Positions 38,159 to 47,165 of a DNA stretch of 64,000 bases are shown in pieces. Each line of letters begins with the position of its first letter. Within the stretch, counting starts at the first letter, position 1. This DNA comes from a virus. Made by a program: the position numbers and the translations under genes. The stretch covers positions 65,559 to 129,558 of IMG/VR virus record IMGVR_UViG_3300009593_000010; one strand, given 5' to 3'. The notes under the pieces are model-generated. The model did no database searches. It had not been told where the DNA came from and saw only the letters and a list, made by a program, of their open reading frames with translations.

Positions 38159-38187
38159 AAACCCACAGGAATGTGGGTTTTTTTTTT
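38159..38187 (+). terminator. rho-independent terminator
   Basis: AAACCCACA-GGAA-TGTGGGTTT followed by a T run. Confidence 0.9.
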
Positions 38188-38218
38188 GATAGAAAAACAT
38201 AAATGAAAGGTCAAAAAA

Positions 38219-38226
38219 TATAAATA
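38219..38226 (+). promoter_or_regulatory. late promoter TATAAATA heading the curli-like operon
   Basis: Exact consensus between terminator and AGGAG SD of 38248. Confidence 0.75.
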
Positions 38227-38247
38227 CTAGAGTAATTAGGAGATATC

Positions 38248-38562
38248 ATGGACTTTGTACAATTTCTGAGTGATGTGGGAGTCCCAATTGGCGGTGCAGT
38301 AGTCATGGGGTTCTTTATATTTTTAGTATTAAAACAGATACTAGATGGACTGGTGGATACAATAAAAACCCTTACTGGGTTTGCAAAAATGCTTGAAGAT
38401 CGTGCCCGAGTGGGTTGTAATGAGTTAGTTAAGATTGACTTGTTGGTTTCGTCTGCATTAGAACTTACTCCACCAATTGATAGGATTGCTCGTGCAGAGA
38501 ATTACAGGACTAATGAGAAAGGTGAACCTCAGAATGTCAAACTTGATGTGAGGAGAGACTAA
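38248..38562 (+). CDS. small single-TM protein (YvrJ/BhlA-like)
   Basis: DVGVPIGGAVVMGFFIFLVLK TM segment followed by amphipathic helix. Confidence 0.6.
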   Translation: MDFVQFLSDVGVPIGGAVVMGFFIFLVLKQILDGLVDTIKTLTGFAKMLEDRARVGCNELVKIDLLVSSALELTPPIDRIARAENYRTNEKGEPQNVKLDVRRD

Positions 38563-38876
38563 TGGAAGAATTAGCAGCTGCTATATCAGAATTTGGTTTC
38601 CCAGTGGTCATGGCTGGTGGGATGGGGTATTTTATATACTTTGTATGGAAGTTTGTTGTAGACAAATTAGAACCAGAGTTAGACACTATGCACCTTGCAC
38701 TTATAAAGTGTATTGATGCAAATAGAATGTTAGATAATGACATGATAAGACTCCAACAGAAAGTGCAAGTGGTCTTGGAGTATCGAGAAAGACAGAACAT
38801 GTTGGAAGATGCAGAAGAAAAAGAGGCACTAGCAGAGGTAAGAAAGAATGAAAAGAAAGGAAAAAATCCTAAGTAG
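38562..38876 (+). CDS. small single-TM coiled-coil protein, paralogue of 38248
   Basis: ISEFGFPVVMAGGMGYFIYFVWK; same architecture as 38248; TAATG coupling. Confidence 0.6.
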   Translation: MEELAAAISEFGFPVVMAGGMGYFIYFVWKFVVDKLEPELDTMHLALIKCIDANRMLDNDMIRLQQKVQVVLEYRERQNMLEDAEEKEALAEVRKNEKKGKNPK

Positions 38877-39354
38877 TATATTCATATTAGTTGTTTTATT
38901 TTTACATGCATCTAATGTGTATTCAGACGAGATAGTACATAAGTTCAAATCTCCAAGTTTTAGTGGAGTAGGAACTTCTGCACATTATCTTACAATCGAT
39001 TCACAAGAACAGGGTCGAAGAGAGGCAATCAAGTCAGATATAGAAGCTGCACTATTGGCTGCAAAGAGAGAAGAAGATAACAGTACACTTGCTAAATTTA
39101 TTAGAAATCTGGAGAGCAGAATTTATTCCCAACTTTCTAAACAATTAGTTGAGTCACTATTCTCTGGAGATGGTGCATCATTTGGTAGTTTCATGTTAGA
39201 AGGTAGTACAATAACATACCAAGTACAACCTTGTGATAATCCAGCTGCATGTACTGTAGGTGAAGATGTAATTGTAATGACAATTACAGCTGAGGACGGA
39301 ACAGTCACCTCTATAACTATTCCAATAGGAAGTGGAAACTGGGGAACTGGTTAG
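38848..39354 (+). CDS. csgF: curli assembly protein CsgF-like
   Basis: Signal peptide, then EIVHKFKSPSFSG, L.I..QE, F..NLESRIYSQLS..L, DGT.T.ITIP; directly before csgG. Confidence 0.8.
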   Translation: MKRKEKILSSIFILVVLFLHASNVYSDEIVHKFKSPSFSGVGTSAHYLTIDSQEQGRREAIKSDIEAALLAAKREEDNSTLAKFIRNLESRIYSQLSKQLVESLFSGDGASFGSFMLEGSTITYQVQPCDNPAACTVGEDVIVMTITAEDGTVTSITIPIGSGNWGTG

Positions 39355-40338
39355 GTGAATGTTAAACTTTTATCGTCATTAGCACTATTAGTCATCCTTA
39401 CAACAGGGTGTGCTAGTATTCCCAGCACAAGAGATTCATGCACCAAAATAGTCATGAAAGAATTCGGAATCTGCGTGGAAGAACCAGTAAGTTTGGAATT
39501 ACCCACACACGAGAAATTAAAACAATTACCACCAGCGGAAAAACAACCAGTAGTTGCAGTCTATTCATTCTTGGATAAGACTGGTCAAAGGAAACAGAAA
39601 GATGGTGCTGCTCTCTTTTCTACAGCAGTAACACAAGGTGCAGAAACAATGTTAATAGATGCATTGAAAACTGCTGGAGATGGGACATGGTTTAGAGTAG
39701 TTGAGAGAGTTGGTATAGATCACTTAACTAGAGAAAGACAAATTGTAAAATCAACCAGACAGTCATTGGAAGAACCTACAGGGTTAGCTCCTTTGTTGTT
39801 TGCTGGGATGATTTTAGAGGGTGGTATCGTAGGCTTCGATACGAACCTAGAGACAGGCGGTAGGGGTGCAAGAACATTAGGTGTTGGTGCTCAGAACGCA
39901 TATAGAAAGGATGTTGTCACAATATCCCTTCGAGCAGTTAGTACATTGACTGGAGAAATATTACTTAATGTACAGACAACTAAATCGATTTTGGCAGTCG
40001 CAAGCGGTTATGATGTCTTTAAATTTATCGATATGGATACTCAACTAATTGAGGTTGAGGATGGAATGACTGAGAATGAAAGTGTAACCAGAAGTGTTCG
40101 ATCTGCGATTGAACAAGCTGTTTACGAATTAATTCTTCAAGGTGAGGAGAGAGATTTTTGGAAAATCAGTTGGGCAATACCAGAAAGTAAGATTAAAGAA
40201 GGTATTAACGAAATTATGGAAGATGTAGAAATTGAAGTAATTACCGAAGAAGATATAATAGAAGTTGATCCACCAGATGAGTTACCATTAGGTATCCCAA
40301 ATGTGGATGAAAAAACCCTCGAAGAAATACGAGGATAG
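39355..40338 (+). CDS. csgG: curli secretion channel CsgG-like lipoprotein
   Basis: Lipobox LTTGC; VAVYSFLDKTGQRK, FSTAVTQGA, WFRVVER.G...L..ERQI, EGGIVGFDTN..TGG.GAR. Confidence 0.92.
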   Translation: MNVKLLSSLALLVILTTGCASIPSTRDSCTKIVMKEFGICVEEPVSLELPTHEKLKQLPPAEKQPVVAVYSFLDKTGQRKQKDGAALFSTAVTQGAETMLIDALKTAGDGTWFRVVERVGIDHLTRERQIVKSTRQSLEEPTGLAPLLFAGMILEGGIVGFDTNLETGGRGARTLGVGAQNAYRKDVVTISLRAVSTLTGEILLNVQTTKSILAVASGYDVFKFIDMDTQLIEVEDGMTENESVTRSVRSAIEQAVYELILQGEERDFWKISWAIPESKIKEGINEIMEDVEIEVITEEDIIEVDPPDELPLGIPNVDEKTLEEIRG

Positions 40339-40348
40339 AGGATAAGAA

Positions 40349-41074
40349 ATGAATAACTTCAAAAAAATAGTTATGATGTTATTATTGAGTCCTATGGCAG
40401 TGTTTGGTGCAGTCACAACAGATAATGAAATTGCTTTACAGCAAGTTGGTGATACCCTAACACTTACAATTGACCAAATCGGATATGGCAACAAGTTGGG
40501 TGGTACAATATCATCTGGAGTTGTTGGAAGTGATTGGATATTAACAGGTACAAGTTTAAATGTTAATATTGATATGATCGGAAACAGCAACCAAATCTTC
40601 GGGCCAACCATCTTAGATAGTTCTACATTATCAGTCACAATGACTGGTTCTAGTAATATCTGGGATTGGACTGTTGGTGCTTCTGGAAGTGCAGATTCAA
40701 GTAATTTACTTGCTGCTATAACTGGTTCATCAAACACATTCGATATCGATTGGGGTGCAGCTGCATCAGCTGAAAGGTTAGATATGGATTTAGATATTAT
40801 TGGAAGTTCCAATGTATTTACAATCGATTGGGAGTCAGATGATATTGACTGGAATGTTGATATTACAGGTGATTCAAATGATGTTTTAACTCACATATCT
40901 GATGGTGCTTACCATGAATTTAAACTAGATCACACTGGAGACAGTGGAAACATTGACATTATAATGTCAAGTGGAACATGTTCTGGAATATCTTCGTGTA
41001 AGTCTACTATTGATATAGACTCGACAAGTGATAATGCTACAATTACAATTAATCAAAAAGATACTGGGGATTAA
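40349..41074 (+). CDS. curlin-like secreted beta-solenoid protein
   Basis: Signal peptide; DNEIALQQVG..LTLTIDQIGYGN and repeated x-I-x-G-x-x-N units. Confidence 0.7.
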   Translation: MNNFKKIVMMLLLSPMAVFGAVTTDNEIALQQVGDTLTLTIDQIGYGNKLGGTISSGVVGSDWILTGTSLNVNIDMIGNSNQIFGPTILDSSTLSVTMTGSSNIWDWTVGASGSADSSNLLAAITGSSNTFDIDWGAAASAERLDMDLDIIGSSNVFTIDWESDDIDWNVDITGDSNDVLTHISDGAYHEFKLDHTGDSGNIDIIMSSGTCSGISSCKSTIDIDSTSDNATITINQKDTGD

Positions 41075-42194
41075 TCTCCTTCTACTATCTTTTGGTTCTT
41101 TCGTATATGCAGACTCCATAATAGGAGACATCACTGAACATAAAGGTAGTGGGGGATTAACCAGACAATCTGGGGAATCCCTAACTACTGCTGTGGATGT
41201 AGATATCGAGTCGTTAGACCATATCGAGACTGCAAATGGTAGGATGAAGATAAAGTTTGTTGATGATACAAACCTATCTTTAACTGAGCATACAGAAGTT
41301 ACGATAGACGAATATTATTTTGATCCAAATCCATCAAAGTCAAAGATGACAATGAGATTTGTATCTGGAACTGCAAGGTTCTCTACTGGTAAATTGGGAT
41401 TAGTTCCTAGAGAGAATATTGTAATTCAAACTCCAACTGCAACCATTGGTGTGCGTGGAACAGATTTCACAACCACAGTGGATGAATTGGGAAGAAGCTT
41501 AGTGTTGTTGCTACCAGACGGCAAGTGTGAGTTTCCAATTTTGGGTGAATGTAAACCAAGTGGTGAAATTACAGTAACAAATGAAGGTGGAACTGTAAGT
41601 TTAACTGAGGCATATCAAGCAACTATGGTTGCAAGTATTGCTACACCACCAATTCAACCCATAGTAATGGATAACATAAATGTATCCATGATAAACAATA
41701 TGTTTATCGTAAGTCCACCTCAAAAGATTGTTGATGCACAAGAAGAACAATCTGATAGTGGAGATTCTTCTCAAGTTAGTTTATTAGACTTTACTGATTT
41801 AGATTTTGATGCACTAGAAGAAGATTGGGAAGGTGAAGACGATTTAGAATTTACAGAACTCGATATTGATCTCCTCGATGTCGATTTCTTACAAGATGTG
41901 TTGGTCACACTAGAGGCAATCGATGTTTTAAGTCGATCGCGAGGTGGTGGTGGTGGAGATCAAGGGGACATTGTTGGTACAACTGTAGGGTTTGATAAAG
42001 AGACCCAGTACAATACCATCATTGATCAAGGTGCTGGAGAAATCTGGTTCTATAGAGAGGTCAATGGTGTGATAAGTATCAGAATACCAATAACGACACA
42101 ATTAACATTGGACAGTGAAAATGAAGGGAAGAAAAATACTATTATTGTTGGGGATGGTCAGTCTGTTCTCATCACAATCCGTCAGAGCGGGTGA
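41028..42194 (+). CDS. FecR-domain protein
   Basis: Signal peptide; D.IETANGRMKIKFVDDT.LSL...T, TPTATIGVRGTDF; acidic C-terminal region. Confidence 0.88.
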   Translation: MIMLQLQLIKKILGINLLLLSFGSFVYADSIIGDITEHKGSGGLTRQSGESLTTAVDVDIESLDHIETANGRMKIKFVDDTNLSLTEHTEVTIDEYYFDPNPSKSKMTMRFVSGTARFSTGKLGLVPRENIVIQTPTATIGVRGTDFTTTVDELGRSLVLLLPDGKCEFPILGECKPSGEITVTNEGGTVSLTEAYQATMVASIATPPIQPIVMDNINVSMINNMFIVSPPQKIVDAQEEQSDSGDSSQVSLLDFTDLDFDALEEDWEGEDDLEFTELDIDLLDVDFLQDVLVTLEAIDVLSRSRGGGGGDQGDIVGTTVGFDKETQYNTIIDQGAGEIWFYREVNGVISIRIPITTQLTLDSENEGKKNTIIVGDGQSVLITIRQSG

Positions 42195-42930
42195 TAACGA
42201 AATAAAGATTGAACAATTATCATCAGATGGTGATAATTTAGTTCTTTTAATAGATCAGATCGGACATGACAATACAGTCGATTTTACTATAGATCATGCC
42301 TCTAATGAGATTGAAATAAAACAGACAGGTCAAAACAATATCATTTCTTATGTCTCTTACTGGGGTTCTGGTAAGAATTGGGGTGGAGATTTAGATGGGT
42401 CTGGTAATGACCTATACTTTGAACAATTAAATACTTTAGGTTCAGAAACAAATAGAATTGGATTCCACATTCCAGGCGATAACAATACACTTAAAATAGG
42501 ACAAGGTTGTACTTTCAATAGTATGGCTGATGTTTCATGTGGTGATAACTCATCATCAGAATATGGTGGTCATACATCAAATATAGATATCCATTCAGAC
42601 AATGTGACTATAAAAGGTGGTCAACAAACAGGATCAGGCAGTGCAGAACATGATGCAAAAGCATACTTCTATGGTGCAGATAATTCTTCTTTCTTCTATA
42701 GACAAATGGGTAATGGAGATAAGACACTAACATATGTTACCTACCAAGACAATAGTGAGGGAACAGTCCACCAACGAGGAGATGGTGATCATACTGCAAC
42801 AATAACATTAACTGGATCACAACCTACCACTTTAAACCTAAATCAAAATTCATCAACCAACCAGACATATTCACTATCACAAAATTGTCAGACCTCTGGT
42901 GGGTGTTCAGTCACAGTAACGCAGAACTAA
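42115..42930 (+). CDS. curlin-associated repeat protein
   Basis: Signal peptide; DNEIKIEQ, IDQIGHDN, IKQTGQNN, YRQMGNGD, VHQRGDGDH repeats. Confidence 0.72.
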   Translation: MKMKGRKILLLLGMVSLFSSQSVRAGDNEIKIEQLSSDGDNLVLLIDQIGHDNTVDFTIDHASNEIEIKQTGQNNIISYVSYWGSGKNWGGDLDGSGNDLYFEQLNTLGSETNRIGFHIPGDNNTLKIGQGCTFNSMADVSCGDNSSSEYGGHTSNIDIHSDNVTIKGGQQTGSGSAEHDAKAYFYGADNSSFFYRQMGNGDKTLTYVTYQDNSEGTVHQRGDGDHTATITLTGSQPTTLNLNQNSSTNQTYSLSQNCQTSGGCSVTVTQN

Positions 42931-44817
42931 ATGGGTAAATTCCTAACATCCTTCTGGATGGTCATTTTAGTTCTAGGTGGATTAACAACTCTTAGAATTG
43001 CAGACCCAGAGCCAATACAAAAGTTGCGAAATATAAATTTCGATTACTACCTTACATCTAAAGAAACTACCACTTCAAGTGACATTGTACTACTTGATGT
43101 TGCAGAAAGTAGTTTAGAACTCAAAGGTCAATATCCATTTCCCAGAACAGAATGGGCTCAAATGATTTCAGATTTAAGAAATGCAAATGCTGGAATGATT
43201 GGATTTACAGTAATGTATCCAGAAATTGATAGGTTTGGGGGTGATGAGGTTTTCGTCTCGTGGGTTAATGGTAATGGTATCATTTTATCCCAGACTTCAT
43301 CACCTAAAGGTAGGAGTGATATTGCACCATTTGTAGGAACTGCCGTCTTAGGGGATGGAGACCCATATAATTTTGCATATGAATATCAAGGTGTAGTCAC
43401 TAACATTCCAAAACTAGAAGAAGCTGCATGGGGTGTTGGTATGTTAAATTCTGCACCAGAGGTGGATGGAATCGTAAGACGAATACCTTTAGTCACTCAA
43501 GTTAATAATCAATTATATCCAAGTTTCCCTATGGAAGTTATTCGTGCAACTCAACAGAATAAAGGATACACCATGAAGGTAGAACCTTCTGGGATAGAGA
43601 ATTTTAGAATACCACCTTATGAACCAGTGGTGACAGATGAAACTGGTAGTTTATATGTAGACTGGTCTAAGTCTTTTCCTCGACATGAGTACGGGCAACC
43701 ACTTCCCAATCTTGAGGGACGAACAGTGATTGTTGGTTTGACAGCAGAGGGCATAGTTCCCATTGTTTCGAGTCCGATGGGTGGGGTGTATCCTCATGAT
43801 ATTCAGGCATCTGCGATTCAGACAATATTGGATGGGGTCTCCATTTCTCGTCCTTATTGGGGTTCCCTTCTGGAAATAGTTTTAACTCTAATTGGGTCTC
43901 TGGTCTTGGTATTTTCGATTTATCGATTCTCCGTTTTAACATCTGCACTCGTCTCCGGCCTTGTCGTTGCTGGTGTAGGTTTCTTGCCCTTGTTCTTCTG
44001 GACTTCATCAAGTTTCCTTATTGATTTAACATTCCCAATTATAACACTAATACTCATATTTAGTCAATCGAGTTTTAATAACTTCTATGTACAGTTCAAA
44101 TTAAGACAACAAATTAAAGGTCAGTTTGGTACTTACCTATCACCAGACATGGTAGACATGCTGGTCAAAGACCCATCATTAATGAAACTAGGTGGGGATA
44201 GAAAAGAGATGACATTCTTATTCGCAGACATTGTAGGGTTCACTCCTATAAGCGAGTCTTATATGAAGAGGGATGATCCAGAAGGTTTAGTAGAACTTAT
44301 CAATATGTTCTTAGATAGAATGACAAAGGTTATTCTCAAAAATGGTGGAACCATCGACAAGTATATGGGCGATTGTATCATGGCTTTCTGGAATGCTCCT
44401 CTACCATGTGAAGATCATGCAACTTTAGCAGTTAAAACTGCAATGGAAATAGAATTACTTACGGAACAAATGAATAAAGAGATTAAAGAGTCTGGATTAG
44501 AATTACCACCAGTGGTTATTGGTACAGGTATTAATACTGGCCCATGTATCGTAGGAAATATGGGAAGTGAATCCAGATTTGATTATTCAGTGGTCGGCGA
44601 TGCTGTGAATCTGGGTGCTAGATTAGAAGTACAAACTAGGACATATGATACACCTATCCTACTATCTGAATACACTTACATGCAATCTGATGTACCTTGT
44701 AAAGAACTTGACACTATTAAGGTAAAGGGTAAGGATGAACCAGTTAAAATATTTGCACCATTGTTTGAAATGCCTTTTGGGAATAGAAAAGAAGTACGGA
44801 AGTTAATTAAAACTTGA
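42931..44817 (+). CDS. CHASE2-domain class III adenylate cyclase
   Basis: DIVLLDV..SSL...GQYPFPR, DGIVRRIPL, three TM helices, FLFADIVGFT, DKYMGDCIMAFWNAP, DYSVVGDAVNLGARLE. Confidence 0.95.
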   Translation: MGKFLTSFWMVILVLGGLTTLRIADPEPIQKLRNINFDYYLTSKETTTSSDIVLLDVAESSLELKGQYPFPRTEWAQMISDLRNANAGMIGFTVMYPEIDRFGGDEVFVSWVNGNGIILSQTSSPKGRSDIAPFVGTAVLGDGDPYNFAYEYQGVVTNIPKLEEAAWGVGMLNSAPEVDGIVRRIPLVTQVNNQLYPSFPMEVIRATQQNKGYTMKVEPSGIENFRIPPYEPVVTDETGSLYVDWSKSFPRHEYGQPLPNLEGRTVIVGLTAEGIVPIVSSPMGGVYPHDIQASAIQTILDGVSISRPYWGSLLEIVLTLIGSLVLVFSIYRFSVLTSALVSGLVVAGVGFLPLFFWTSSSFLIDLTFPIITLILIFSQSSFNNFYVQFKLRQQIKGQFGTYLSPDMVDMLVKDPSLMKLGGDRKEMTFLFADIVGFTPISESYMKRDDPEGLVELINMFLDRMTKVILKNGGTIDKYMGDCIMAFWNAPLPCEDHATLAVKTAMEIELLTEQMNKEIKESGLELPPVVIGTGINTGPCIVGNMGSESRFDYSVVGDAVNLGARLEVQTRTYDTPILLSEYTYMQSDVPCKELDTIKVKGKDEPVKIFAPLFEMPFGNRKEVRKLIKT

Positions 44818-44841
44818 CAGATCAAGAATCTGTAGTATACT
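44814..44841 (+). promoter_or_regulatory. sigma70-type promoter, 16-bp spacer class
   Basis: TTGACA-GATCAAGAATCTGTAG-TATACT; ACAGA-N7-TCTGT. Confidence 0.7.
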
Positions 44842-44852
44842 GGTAAGTATAA

Positions 44853-44984
44853 ATGATAAAAGTAAAAGACCCTCTACTTGAATTTAGATTAGGTAGTCTA
44901 AAAAGAGCAGAGAAGAGAGCAAAAAATCCAGAATTTAAAGAATTGTGGAAAAATATTGCAAAAAACTTGAAAAATAAGGATTAG
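44853..44984 (+). CDS. small basic protein (43 aa, not in ORF track)
   Basis: MIKVKDPLLEFRLGSLKRAEKRAKNPEFKELWKNIAKNLKNKD. Confidence 0.5.
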   Translation: MIKVKDPLLEFRLGSLKRAEKRAKNPEFKELWKNIAKNLKNKD

Positions 44985-45000
44985 TCCTTATATATAATAG

Positions 45001-45085
45001 TAGGTATTAAGAAATACCTATTTTAGAAGACTTGCCCATTTTTGGGGAGTCATATAACAACCTTGCTTAACAGGAGGCAATTATG
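45001..45085 (+). promoter_or_regulatory. ROSE-like RNA thermometer in hsp20 leader
   Basis: Two upstream hairpins, then CTTGCT-TAAC-AGGAG pairing the SD with a bulged G. Confidence 0.6.
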
Positions 45086-45544
45086 GTCAAATTAACGACT
45101 AATGATCTATTCGATCAAATGTGGAGAAGGTCTTCTCCATACACAATAGGGTTTGATAACATCTTTGAAGATTTAAAGTTTGTATCAAACAATCAACAAC
45201 CCTCATATCCACCTTACAATATCGTAAAGAAAAGTGATGAACTATTCTTAATCGAAATTGCAGTGGCAGGATTCGGAGAAGATGATCTGGATATCGAAGT
45301 TCAAGAAAACGAACTTAGAGTGACAGGTGAGATTCTCGATGAAGAGGAATCAGATGAAAATATCCATAAAGGTATTGCAAATAGAAAATTCAGAAGAATC
45401 TTCAAACTTGCAGAAGACCTTGTGGTTAATTCTCCATCATTAAAGAATGGAATGCTAAGTATTCCATGTGAGAGGATAATACCAGAGGAAAAGAAAGCAA
45501 GAAAACTAGAGATAGTAGATACTGCTGAATTTTTATCAGAATAA
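45083..45544 (+). CDS. hsp20: small heat shock protein (IbpA-like)
   Basis: YPPYNI, IEIAVAGF, HKGIANRKFRR.F.LA, L.NGML.I. Confidence 0.96.
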   Translation: MVKLTTNDLFDQMWRRSSPYTIGFDNIFEDLKFVSNNQQPSYPPYNIVKKSDELFLIEIAVAGFGEDDLDIEVQENELRVTGEILDEEESDENIHKGIANRKFRRIFKLAEDLVVNSPSLKNGMLSIPCERIIPEEKKARKLEIVDTAEFLSE

Positions 45545-45557
45545 GAGGATTTTTCCC

Positions 45558-45590
45558 TTGACAAATCTCCATTCTGTGGTATTATAAATA
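45558..45590 (+). promoter_or_regulatory. overlapping 16-bp-spacer promoter and late TATAAATA
   Basis: TTGACA-N16-TATTAT plus TATAAATA at 45583. Confidence 0.6.
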
Positions 45591-45627
45591 TAACTATGAA
45601 ATTAATTAAATATCGCAGAGTGGAGCT

Positions 45628-46575
45628 ATGTCAACAATAACAGAAGAAACAACATATTCAACCCCAACGGATGTACAACCAAAACATCAATCAATTCCTT
45701 CTATGGAATTTCACAACAGAACAGATGATAATTTTGAAATGATACATTCACATTCAGCCTTTCTAGGTAAGAAAGTAATCGTATTTGGATTGCCTGGCGC
45801 ATTTACACCAACTTGTTCAACACAACAAGTACCAGCATACGAAGACATGTATGATAAATTTATCGATGAAGGAATCGATGAAGTTTATGTCACCTCAGTC
45901 AATGATGGTTTCGTCATGAAATCATGGTTAGAATCACTGGGGATAACCAAAGTTAAACCTCTATCAGATGGTAGTGGTGCATTTGCAAGAGCAATGGGTA
46001 TGTTAGTTGCAAAGGATAATTTAGGATTTGGAATGAGATCATGGAGATATTCTATGATGATCGATGATGGAATTATTCAACACTTTAATGCAGAACCTGG
46101 CCTGACAGATAATTGTCAAGACGATCCATACGGGCAATCTATTCCAGAGGTAATTTTAGAACAAATAAAACAAGACAAAGTTATGACCCCATATGATACT
46201 CTACCCAGAGGAATTGGAACAGAGGATCACATGGAACTGATAGGTCAACCAACTCCACAACACGAACCTACATTTGAAAAGGGGAGTTTACATGGTGACT
46301 CAACAATCGATCACAAAACAAATATACACGATCTAATAGGGGATGCTCAAATTAATGATGTAACCTTTGGATTAGTAGAAACTTATTTATTAGACAATGG
46401 ACTCACTGATGAATGGGTTCAAGAATATAATGAGATGGTGCAACAATTACCAGCATTTAATCTCGAAGAAACTCAATCAACTGAACATGATGAATCTGAT
46501 GACTTAGAGGATGCAAAGAAAGTTGAAGAGGGTATACCAAGTGGAACCACATCAAGTGGATCACTAGGTATATAA
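45628..46575 (+). CDS. peroxiredoxin (Prx5/type II) with C-terminal extension
   Basis: FGLPGAFTPTCS, SVNDGFVMKSW, FGMRSWRYSM. Confidence 0.92.
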   Translation: MSTITEETTYSTPTDVQPKHQSIPSMEFHNRTDDNFEMIHSHSAFLGKKVIVFGLPGAFTPTCSTQQVPAYEDMYDKFIDEGIDEVYVTSVNDGFVMKSWLESLGITKVKPLSDGSGAFARAMGMLVAKDNLGFGMRSWRYSMMIDDGIIQHFNAEPGLTDNCQDDPYGQSIPEVILEQIKQDKVMTPYDTLPRGIGTEDHMELIGQPTPQHEPTFEKGSLHGDSTIDHKTNIHDLIGDAQINDVTFGLVETYLLDNGLTDEWVQEYNEMVQQLPAFNLEETQSTEHDESDDLEDAKKVEEGIPSGTTSSGSLGI

Positions 46576-46601
46576 TTTAATAATGATAAGAGGACTATAT
46601 T

Positions 46602-46859
46602 ATGTCATTTTGGAAAAGCATAGTTGACTTTTTTAACGAACCAGTTCAGGCTCCTACTCCTAAACCACAATCAAAAGTGGCCAAGAAAGTTGCTAAAAAG
46701 ACTGCACCAGTTGAAACAAAAGTCACAAGAACATCAAAGGCAAATCTAGGTAAACTTACTAAACTTCAATTAGAGAAGAAAGGTAGGGAACTAGGTATTG
46801 AAATTGATCGTAGAAAATTAAAAGCTACCCTAGTGAACGAAGTTTACAAGGCACAATAA
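46602..46859 (+). CDS. hypothetical protein with Rho-N-like C-terminus
   Basis: LTKLQLEKKGRELGIEIDRRKLKATLV. Confidence 0.6.
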   Translation: MSFWKSIVDFFNEPVQAPTPKPQSKVAKKVAKKTAPVETKVTRTSKANLGKLTKLQLEKKGRELGIEIDRRKLKATLVNEVYKAQ

Positions 46860-47165
46860 ATGAATCTCCCAGATTACAAAATTGTTGTTAATCAACAAGG
46901 CGAACAGGGAATTGAAATTTGTGAAGGGAATTATACAGGGGTTGTTTTCACCTATGGTAAGGTTGAATTCATACCTAAAGAGGAATCAGAACAACCCAGT
47001 ATAAATTTTAGTCGTGCTGTCAGAGCATGTCCAGAAGAACTTAGAGAATCCATATCAGAGGATAAAGAATTTAATCAACTGATGGGAGATATTCTAGTCC
47101 AACTATTAGAACAGGAAGGCGATAACGCCGTGGAACTATTAAGAGATGAATCTACAGAAACTTAA
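46860..47165 (+). CDS. hypothetical protein
   Basis: ORF track; GNYTGVVFTYGKV. Confidence 0.65.
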   Translation: MNLPDYKIVVNQQGEQGIEICEGNYTGVVFTYGKVEFIPKEESEQPSINFSRAVRACPEELRESISEDKEFNQLMGDILVQLLEQEGDNAVELLRDESTET

